From assembly GCF_030028105.1 (NCBI RefSeq), contig NC_092379.1, positions 102,910,408 to 102,974,407 of the forward strand: 64,000 nt of DNA, written 5' to 3'. Below the pieces are notes generated by a model. It worked only from the letters and a program-made list of their open reading frames with translations. It was not told where the DNA came from and ran no database searches. This document shows positions 55,201-64,000 of this stretch, piece by piece; the stretch's first letter is position 1, and every line of letters begins with the position of its first letter. Position numbers and translations under genes: made by a program. This DNA is from Mobula birostris (Eukaryota).

Positions 55201-58200
55201 ACAGACCCCAGTGGAACACCACTAGTCATTGGCGGCCAACTAGAAAGGTCCCCTTTATTCCCACTCTGTTTCCTGCTAATCAGCCATGATTTTATGCTAA
55301 TATCTTTCCTGTAATACCATGGGGTCTTAACTTGTTATGTAGCCTCATATGTAGCACCTTGTCAAAGGGCTTCTGAAAATCCAAGTACATAACATCCACC
55401 GATTCTCTATTGTCTACCCTGCTTGTTATTTCTTCAAAGAATTCCAACAGATATGTCAGGCAAGATTTTCCCTTGAGGAAAGCATGCTGACTGCAGCCTA
55501 TTTTATCATGTGCCTCCAAATACCCCAAAACCGCGTCCTTAATCGACTCCAACATCTTTCGAACCACTGAGGTCAGACTAACTGTCCTGTAGTTTCCTTT
55601 CTTCTGCCTCTCTTCCTTCTTGAAGAGTGGAGCGACATTTGCAATTTTCCAGTCTTCCAGAACCATTCCAGAATCTAGTGATTCTTGAATGATCATTGCT
55701 AATGCACCCATAATCTCTTCAGCCACCTCTTTCAGAACCCTGGGGTGTACAGGTGTCCCCCACTTTTCGAACGTTCGCTTTACGAAACCTCACTGTTACG
55801 AAAGACCTACATTAGTACCCTGTTTTCGCTTTCAGAAGGTGTTTTCACTGTTATGAAAAAAATCAGCGTGCGCCCCGAGCAGCCGCTCTCCCCTGGATTC
55901 GGAACGGCATTCTCCCCGGCATTGCTTAGACACGTGCCTGTGAGCAGTCGTTTGCAAGATGAGTTCTATGGTATCGGAAAAGCCTGAAAGAGCTTGTAAG
56001 GGTGTTACACTTAGCGTAAAACTAGACATAATTAAGCGTTTCGATCGTGGTGAACGAAGTAAGGACTAAGTGAGTTTGGCTTGTGGAAGCTGAGGAAGAT
56101 GATGTTGAAGAGGTTTTGGCATCCCATGACCAAGAACTGATAGATGAAGAGCTGATGCAATTGGAAGAGGAAAGGATAGCAATCGAAACCGAATGCAATA
56201 GCGAACTGAATGTGAAGCAACTGCGTGAGATTTTCGCTGCAATGATAAAGTACGACTTTAATTTTGGAAGGGTATGTAGGTTTAGGGGATATTTGCAAGA
56301 TAGTTTGAGTCCTTATAAAGAACTGTATGATAGAAAAATGCGCGAGGCTCAGCAGTCAAGCAAGCCTTCCACATCAGCCACAGCAGATGACGAACCTCAA
56401 CCTTCGACATCGAGGCGGGCAGTCATAGAAGATGAGCTGCCTGCTCTAATGGAAGCAGACGACAAGATGACACCCCAGTGTCCCACCACCCTGCGATTCG
56501 CGGAGAATGCAGCGGTAGCCGGGAGGCACACAGCACATCTTTAAGAAAAAAAGCCGAAATAAACATGCTAATTAATTAGGTGCCACCTGACATGTAATTA
56601 ATTAGCATGTTTATTTTGGCTTTTTTCTTAAAGATGTGCTGTGTGCCTCCCGGCTACTGCTGGACCCCTGCGTGCTTCGCGGCAATGTATCGCTCAGCGG
56701 CCTGGAGGGTGGGGGCCACTGCACCACCCAAATTCCGACTCAGCCTAACACACCATCATCAGTGTGCTCGGCACTGTCCAGATTCCGGTAAGTGATACTA
56801 CACTGTACATACATTATTTCTACTTTATATAGGCTGTGTATTTTTACGTGTTATTTGGTATGATTTGGCTGCTTCATAGCTTAAAGGTTGCTGGAGAGCG
56901 CTTGCGCCGTGTTTTTGCCGTAGGCACTTGCATGAGATTTTCTGCCGACGGCACTTATATGAGATTTTGGCTACGGAGAACAGTTCAGTAATGATTGTGG
57001 AAAAGTATTTCTACTTTATATAGGCTGTGTTTTTGTCATATCATTCCTGTTTTTACTATGTATTACGTTATTTTAGGTTTTATGTGTTATTTGGCATGAT
57101 TTAGTTGGTTATTTTTGGGTCTGCGAATGCTCACAAAATTTTCCCATATAAATAAATGGTGATTGCTTCTTTGCTTTACGACATTTCGGCTTACGAACCG
57201 TTTCATAGGAACACTCTACCTTCGGATGGTGGGGGAAACCTGTATACCTTTTGGTCCAGGTGACTTATTTAACTTCAGACCTTTCAGTTTCCCAAGAACA
57301 TTCTCGCTAGTAATGGTAACTTCACTTCTGACCCGACACTCTCAAACTTCCACCATACAGCTAGTGTCTTCCACATTGAAGGCTGATGCAAAATACTTAT
57401 TTGGTTTGTCCGCCATTTCCTTGTCCCCCATTACTACCTCTCTAGTATCATTTTCCAGTCGTCTGGTATCCACTCTCAACTCTATTTTATACTTTATATA
57501 TCTGAAGAAACTTTTGATATCCTCTTTAATATTATTGGTATTGGTTAGCTTACTTTTGTATTCCATCATTTCCTCCTTGATGACTTTTTTAGTTGCTTTG
57601 TTAACAGCTTCCTGAACTTCCCACTAATTTTTGCTCTATTTTATGTCCTCTCTTTAGATCTTATGTTGGCTTTGATGTCTCTTGTTAGCCAAAGCTGTGT
57701 CATCTTGCCTTTTAGAATACTTCCCCTTTGGGATGTTGGCATCCTGTGCTTTCTAAATTGCTTCCAAAAATTCCAGACGTTGCTACTGTACCCTCATCCC
57801 TGCCAGTGTTCTTTTCCAATCAATTCTGGTCAACTCTTCTCTCATGCCTGTGTAATTACCCTTACACCACTGTGATACTGATACATCTGACTTTAACTTC
57901 TCCTTCTCAAATGTCAGGGTGAATTCAATCATGTTATGGTCACTTGCCCCTAAGGTTCTTTTATCTTAAGCTCTCTATTTAAGTCTGGTTCATTGCAGAA
58001 CACCCAATCCAGAATAGCTGATCCCCTAGTGGGCTGAACCACGAGTTGCTCTAAAAACCCATCTTGGCATTCTAGAAATTTTCTTTCTTTGAATCCAGCA
58101 CCAACCTGATTTTCCCAATCTACCTACATATTGAAAAATTAATGAAACAGCTCTTCCATTAGGATTAATAAATTTAATGGGATTGCTAAAAGAGTGGTTT

Positions 58201-61200
58201 AATGGTGATGCTAAGTATTATAACCTACTGTTACCTTGACTATACCTCTTCCCATCGTGCCACTTGTTACTTGTAAAGATTCTATTTCCTTCTCTCATTT
58301 TCTGTGCCTCTGTTACATATGTTCTCAAGATGATGCTTTTCATTTCAGAATATTTGAGACATCCTCTTTCTCACTATTCCAGATTTGCTTTCGCTTCCAC
58401 TGCTGTTGATACTGCCCTCACCCTATCTCCCCAATGGACTCCATCCTGGCACACACTGCATCTGTGACGATTGTTACACTTGTCCCTACAGCTCATCCTT
58501 TACCATTTAGGGAAATAAGCAGTTCTTTCAGATGAGGCAGCACTTCCCCTGTGGGTTTGTTGGTGTCATTTATTGCATCCAATGCTTCCAGTGCAGCCTC
58601 CTTTACATCAGTGAGGCCAGTCATGGACTGGGGTACTGCTTTGTTCGAGAACCTTTGTGCCACCCGTCGCAACAGCCAGGATCCCCTGGTGGCCACCTCT
58701 TTCAATTTGACTTCCTATTTTTAAGTGATCATGGCCTTCTCTACTGTCATCATGAGGCCAGACTCTGGTAGGATGATCTGTCCAGCTAGTCTTCCATCTG
58801 ATGCATGAACATTGATTTTCCTAACTTTCAGTACGCAGCCTCTTCTGTTTTCCTGCCCAATTTTTTTTTCATATTTTGTTTCTTTTTCCCCCCAGTCTGG
58901 TTTTCCTCATCTCCTATGCCGTCGTGAACTCCCTCTGCTTCTGTCCCCTTTTCCATTTGCAATGAAGGGTCTTGGCCTAAAACATTAATTGTTTATTTCC
59001 CTCCATTGATGCAGCCTGATCTGCTGAGTTTCTCCAGCATTTTGCGTGTGTTGCTTGGTATAATAAATTCTATTTTATGGCTTTAGAATGACAGTTGTTT
59101 TCTTTGTTTTATCATCAGATCTGACAATATTTCTGAGTTGAGCTCTGATTCTAGTGGGGATGAAGAGTTTGAAAAATGTGAGTTGTATCTTAAATGTATT
59201 TTAATTTCCTCTTCAAATTCAGCAATGAAGGTTTGCAAATACTTACACAGAACACACCCAGATTGAGTATGACACATTTTATTTGTATAAAATGATTGAG
59301 AAATGTATCTTGACTCACACCTCTAAAGCACATGTATGGATGCTCAGTGTCAATTTATATGCTGGATCCTTTTCTCCGTTTGTGATCTGCTAGTAAGCCG
59401 AGTTTAGAAGGTGCTTTTGCATTGTGACCTATGTACAGTACCTAGGAGGAAAAAAGTGAAATATTGAAGAGCCTTTATCTATTTAACTTTGCTCAATCTA
59501 CATTTCTAATTCTTTCAGTAATATAGCCAATGACTTTTTGAATGTGCCAACAAAGATAAATCAGAGATTAGAAGTTAAATTTTACCAATTTATGTTAGTG
59601 TTATTCGTTCAAATAATTTTAATGTAAAGTAATGAATTTTGTAAAGAAATCCAGGAATGGCTGAAAGCAGTCAGTGTGGTAGAGCAAGAAGATTCAAAGA
59701 CATTGCCTTTTGGGTCATTCTAAGGAAGTTAAGAGTTGGGCATTATGTTGCTTTTTAAAATTACGGTGTAGACTATAAAACAATATAATTTGTACACCAT
59801 ATTACTTTAGCTGAGCTGGCCAGTGACGATTTAAATATATATATAATATTTTTAAAATTTACATTTACATATATAATATATTCCAGGAACAAAAATGTAT
59901 TATAATATATCTTAAAAATATTTATAAGTATATACTGTTATATGTGTGTATATATAAAATACTGTTATATATAAACAGCCTCATCAGGGTGATCCCATGC
60001 AGCTATGAGAAGAGATTTAAGTTAGTGGAGGAATATAAATTTAATTTTGATTTAATTTACTACTGGGTGAAGAACATGAAGTAAAACAATTACATTGGCT
60101 TGATGGAGGTTTTCCTTGAACAGATGAATAACTACTTTATTGTAGAAGTTCACATTGAGGTAATTGTTCTGTGTTAAATCTTCTAAGATCAGTCATTGCA
60201 TTTTGTTGGCAAACGTTGATGCTTGGGTTTTTCTCTATTGTTGCTGCAATCAGGATTTTGTGCAATGCAGGATTATTTGATGAGTTTATAATTAGTTGGA
60301 AGAAATCTGCTTTATTAATAATCTTTCTCCATCAGTTCTAACATCAGTAAAAAAGCCGCATTCAAAATCACAGAAATACAGAACTTTAAAGGAAGATGAT
60401 GACAGGTAAGTTCCTGAAAATGGAAATTGCAGATCACCAGAAGTAATTGTAGAGCATCAAGCTAAGATAAAGCACACTTGTCTCCTTTAATAGAAATGTG
60501 TGCACTCAAGTTAGGTGCAGTCCATATTCCACTTTTTTCCCCCAGTTCTGTGGTCACCGGCTGTTTTATTCCCCAAATGGTTACCAATGATGTAAGAAGT
60601 TTTCTTTGTTAAATATTACAGTTGTTTTTCTTATATTTTGTATATGATATGAATAAATTCAACAGAAACCTCAGAGGATTAAATTTCACAGGTTTTAATA
60701 TTAAACATGATGGGCATTTAACTCATTGATAAGAGGGAGTTAATAATATGAGCAGAAATTAAGTCATTGTCATCTAAGAGCACTGAGCAGTTTGGAGACC
60801 TTCTGTCAGAACTGGAGTGCCTTTAAACCTCGTCTTACTGACACAGACACACGTTCCTTTTCTTAAATTACTAGTTGGGTATCTATACCAAAACATATTC
60901 ACAGCCGTATTTGTTACCCTTGCTATAACTGGTCAACTGTCCTTTTTTTTCTCCCTTATCTATTCACATGGATTCCATCTATCATAGGTTGAATCCATTT
61001 TAACACAGCAAGGCATTTAGTAGGAATAATATAAAACAACCTGACCACACAGACGTGCTAGGCAGGTGACCAAATTTTGATTCAGATTTAAGCTGAATCT
61101 TAATGCTGGAAAGAGGTTTAATTCCAAGCCATGAGGGCTTACCAATTGAGGGATGGCTTGTAAATGTTGGATTATCAAATTCGTGAATGATAGAGGGTAG

Positions 61201-63931
61201 ACATGAAGGAATTTTATTATCTTGGTGTTGTAGAGAGGAGCAAGGCCATGAAGGAATTTGAAAACAAGAGTTCATTGCAGGTGATTAACAGAGGGGTGGG
61301 AAAAAAGAACAGAATCAAGTACAGTGAGAACATGTTAGAAGACATTTGAGGTGACCTCAACTTTACAATGCAACAAACCAAAACAGTGAAATGTAGAGGT
61401 AAAAGACATCTATTATGTTTCACCTGCAAATTTATAAGCTAGGGATAGTTAGCAATAGGGCCATTTTAGTTATGATATGACCTCAAAATGTGAAGCTTGC
61501 TGCTTATGTGCTAAATATTTAACTTGGTTATGGTATTGCTCATTCCCAGTTTCTTGTTAGAGAGAAAGCATTAGCACGAGCAGATAGAGAATCAAAATTG
61601 GGAGGGAGACCTAAAATTGGTTCGAGGAAGTCCCTGATCACCTGGTAGGGAATATCAGGCAAGTGATAAGACAATTTTAAGAAGGAAGGGATTATATGGT
61701 AAATGATCAAGCAAAAAATGAGGCTTAAACTTCAAATTTCTATATGACTTTTGGCTTATTACTTAGCATTTTCTGCTTTAATTTGCATCCCAGGCTTCTA
61801 CTTAACTCATCATGATCCCATATTTTTGAATTTACAGAAACATTGCTATTTTAATTAAAATATATAATTGCATTTGATTCTTTGTGAAAGTTATTGTCAG
61901 TTTGTCTAAAACAGTTGATTTTAAGTAAGGTAGCTCCAAAAACAATACTGATCAATTCGGTGGTATGGGGGGGGGGGGCGTGAGTAGTATTATTGAAAGA
62001 CATATTATTTAGACAAAGAGCTTATTCACTCAGTTAAATTCATACTTATGATCTAACTTTTCTCCCATACTCCCCCATTCTAACATATTTAACATTGTGA
62101 ATGTTGAGTTATTTTAATATTTGCTATTCCCAGCACATCATGATACACCATATGGATACAGTATATGTTTTCTATTAGCTTTTAAAAATGTTCAGCTTTT
62201 TGCAGAAACTGTATGTCCTTTTATTCAAATTCTCCAATTATGTATCAAAGATTAAAAAAGCAAATTGTGCTTGAGATCGCAGGGATGAGTCTATATTGTG
62301 CTGAACAATCTAATTGATTACTTAAGTTTTGTTTTTTCAATAATTTCTAAGGCAGGAAATTTTAATAAAGTTGAGCTAATGAGAAATTGCATACTCTTAG
62401 CAAGAAAATCTAGGACCTAATAATGCATGAGGATGGAAGTCAAAAACAGATGGATTTTTTTTCTCTGGTGCTGTTTCTTCAGTATCAAATGATATTTGAT
62501 GAGTGATTAGTAGTTATTATTAAAGTTCAACGTTGTATTCTGACATCAGGATATCTGACTGCAGGTTTAGTAACTTTATCTTATGCTCCTCATTTTCCTT
62601 GTAGTAATAACATTTTCTTTGTAGTAATAACATTTTCTTATACAGCCTGAATGATTTTATAGTGAGTGACTCATCTCTGGATGAATTGCCTATAAAGGAG
62701 ATTGTGGAACTTGAAGACACTGCTGATACTGGCAAGTACCTTGTTCATTCCTGTTTTTTAATCGAGCAATTTTTGATGTATAAATAATTAAATCTCTGGT
62801 CAGAAAACTTAGTTTTACTTGTTGGTGAACCATCCAATGGAAGGGTGGGTAGTATGCTTCTGCTATAATTATTTTTAATATTTATACAGTCACAGAGAAA
62901 GATACAACATGGAAATGGGCCCTTTAACCCACCAAGTCTGCACCAATTCTACGTTAATCCCTTTTCTCCCCTCACATTCCCATCAACTCTTCAGTCAGAT
63001 TCTATCACTCACCTGCAGAAAGGGGATAATTGTTAGTGGCAAATTAATCTACCAACTCTCTTATCTTTAGTGTACGGGAGGAAACGAGCACTTTGAAATC
63101 CACAAGCATCTGAGATCAGGATTGAATCTGGGTCTCTGGCACAGTGAGGCAGTGGCTTTAATTGGTATGTCACCATGCCACCCCCTAATTTCATTTTTCC
63201 TTTTGACCATGTAACAAATACAGCTCCAAGCTAATTTCAATATTGTATCCAAATCTGCATGTGACTTCATTTTTCTATATCGGAGACAAACTGATCCATC
63301 AATTAACTCTAAAGTCGCCTATGGAAAGAAAATCACTATCCTACTTAAAAAAGAATTGTTGGTAAGGAAAGGTCAGGATTTGCAATTTTATGTTAAGTAT
63401 TTATAATTTATTTAAAATTATTTGTTGGACTTTTATTTTTGAAGGGCTTGTTTGTTTCATGGACATTTTGGAAAATGTGAAAGAAATTTGAGCAAGCTCT
63501 GCATTTGGTTTATTTATTTCGTGTTAATATTTTCACTTCTTTTCTCCTAGAATTACATGAACAAAGCTGTAAGCCAAGAACTAAGTATTTTAAGGAACAA
63601 GTATCTAGTGTATCCTCTGTAGCAAGATCGATGTCACCAGTGTTGAACAGCAGTACAGAGGATTTTGTTTTTGAAAACACACAGAGAGTTCCCACTTTGA
63701 ATGGACAGAAAACGAAGTCTCTGCAGCTGAGTCCTCACACTTGGGACAGAGGGTCTCTGCAATCAGATGATAGTTCCTCGTATCATTCTGTGCACTCCAA
63801 GAGGTTAAATCACATCTCAAGTTCATCAGATACATCAAGTGATGAGTTTGAGTCTCTAATCAAAAGGATAAAGAGCAAAACTCCAGCTACAGCTTCAAGT
63901 ACATTGAATGGAAAAAGAATGGCTGTTACTG
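43114..63931 (+). CDS. GCNA: Germ cell nuclear acidic peptidase (GCNA/ACRC) orthologue, N-terminal disordered region; continues beyond the window
   Basis: join(43114-43200,47040-47322,53590-53647,59119-59177,60336-60405,62646-62731,63551-63931) reads in one open frame with matching phases and gives an acidic Ser/Asp/Glu-rich protein. It lies directly downstream of OGT on the same strand, as GCNA does in human. The SprT protease domain is not in the window, so identity rests on synteny and composition. Confidence 0.8.
43420..44250 (-). mobile_element. Gypsy/Ty3 LTR retrotransposon gag-protease remnant
   Basis: Zinc knuckle CYHCGRHSHTSNKC and aspartic protease motif MELDTGSPVSVI. Confidence 0.85.
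44411..45987 (-). mobile_element. Non-autonomous Tigger/pogo-like DNA transposon, copy 1
   Basis: TA-CAGGTTTCCCCC...GGGGGACACCTG-TA; near-identical inverted copy at 55750. Confidence 0.92.
47040..47322 (+). CDS. GCNA: GCNA exon 3: LQQKIQKSK...DFDSNDDSFEI
   Basis: cacag / gtaagt; lies within ORF 47016..47345. Confidence 0.85.
47406..49007. mobile_element. CR1 (+ strand, ~47575-48758) nested in an antisense CR1 3' fragment of a closely related subfamily
   Basis: [25 protein letters not shown]; ctatgtttctatg tail; flanks are reverse complements of the insert's 3' region. Confidence 0.9.
49010..49478. mobile_element. Tigger-like MITE end with an embedded SINE head; spans the assembly gap
   Basis: TA-(T)AGTCGGCCCTCCTTATCTGCG terminal motif; GAGTTCGATCC B box and ctctccatccgtgcc at 49425-49476. 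Confidence 0.5.
49084..49217. other. Assembly gap (134 N)
   Basis: Run of N. Confidence 1.
49500..53280 (+). mobile_element. Near-full-length decayed CR1 LINE (5'UTR, ORF1 esterase, ORF2, 3'UTR)
   Basis: ORF1 AVVIGDSLVKG (GDSL/SGNH-like), FNARSI, GDFNF, FSKVFNKFPH, EYCVQF; many stops. Confidence 0.88.
53590..53647 (+). CDS. GCNA: GCNA exon 4: SLTQKLDFKANKPSRIQNK
   Basis: ttctttcag / gtatga; phase 1 in, phase 2 out links the neighbouring exons. Confidence 0.75.
54245..58135 (-). mobile_element. Decayed CR1 LINE ORF2 interrupted by Tigger copy 2
   Basis: ORFs 54323, 54724, 55041, 55292 and 57342 carry CR1 RT motifs; sequence resumes after the TA TSD at 57243. Confidence 0.9.
55750..57242 (+). 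mobile_element. Non-autonomous Tigger/pogo-like DNA transposon, copy 2
   Basis: TA-CAGGTGTCCCCC...GGGGGAAACCTG-TA; N-terminal HTH remnant VTLSVKLDIIKRFDRGE joined to the acidic C-terminus DDVEEVLASHDQEL; DDE core deleted. Confidence 0.92.
58280..59056 (+). mobile_element. Penelope-like element 3' part: GIY-YIG endonuclease remnant plus terminal repeat
   Basis: GVIYCIQCFQCSLLYISEA (GIY-YIG with CxxC), then atgaagggtcttggcctaaaac and ctgctgagtttctccagcattttg. Confidence 0.8.
59119..59177 (+). CDS. GCNA: GCNA exon 5: RSDNISELSSDSSGDEEFEK
   Basis: catcag / gtgagt; phase 2 in, phase 1 out. Confidence 0.8.
60336..60405 (+). CDS. GCNA: GCNA exon 6: FLTSVKKPHSKSQKYRTLKEDDD
   Basis: catcag / gtaagt; phase 1 in, phase 2 out. 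Confidence 0.8.
62591..62640 (+). repeat. 20-bp tandem repeat (2.5 copies) in a splice-acceptor region
   Basis: cattttc(c/t)ttgtagtaataa twice, then cattttctta. Confidence 0.9.
62646..62731 (+). CDS. GCNA: GCNA exon 7: SLNDFIVSDSSLDELPIKEIVELEDTADT (GC donor)
   Basis: tacag acceptor; G|gcaagt donor gives the phase 1 required by the next exon. Confidence 0.78.
63551..63931 (+). CDS. GCNA: GCNA exon 8: ELHEQSCKPRTK...SSDEFESLIKRIKSKTP...MAVT
   Basis: ctcctag / gtgagc; lies within ORF 63505..63999. Confidence 0.85.
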
Positions 63932-64000
63932 GTGAGCTCTCATTTGTTTCAATTTCTTACCAGCTGCCCGACTGCCAACAATATACCAATAAAATATGAC

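Noticed and set aside
56083-56544. 153-aa acidic ORF as a GCNA exon or domesticated TIGD gene
   Set aside because: It lies inside a TIR-bounded Tigger element with a second near-identical copy in the window, has no DDE core, and the GCNA exon phases join without it.
59830-59975. AT-rich quasi-palindromic tract
   Set aside because: Low-complexity (TA)-rich sequence with no TIR or TSD.

Overview
Eukaryotic genomic DNA, not prokaryotic. It is AT-rich and repeat-dense, and the CR1/Rex1/Tc1/Penelope/V-SINE repeat set suggests a cartilaginous fish, probably a ray (inference). The window holds two + strand intron-exon genes. (1) The 3' two-thirds of OGT (O-GlcNAc transferase): 14 exons from 999 to the stop at 29705, about 693 aa, covering the last TPRs and the whole catalytic region, with a repeat-free 3'UTR ending near an AATAAA at 31477. 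(2) The 5' part of a probable GCNA/ACRC orthologue: CpG promoter ~42240-42330, non-coding exon 1, ATG at 43114, and seven coding exons of acidic Ser-rich disordered sequence; the gene continues past the window end. Nearly all other ORFs in the track are transposon remnants or their antisense frames. Most notable observations: a family of short Penelope-derived repeats carrying minimal hammerhead-ribozyme cores, some retroposed alone with target-site duplications and one starting at the predicted cleavage site; inverted pairs of young repeats bracketing OGT and GCNA exons; a GC-AG intron and a triplicated acceptor at one GCNA exon; an exon-pair-encoded acidic repeat in GCNA; a perfect splice donor in the OGT 3'UTR; and a 77-bp hAT MITE. 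There is a 134-N assembly gap at 49084-49217. All calls were made by eye, with no database search.
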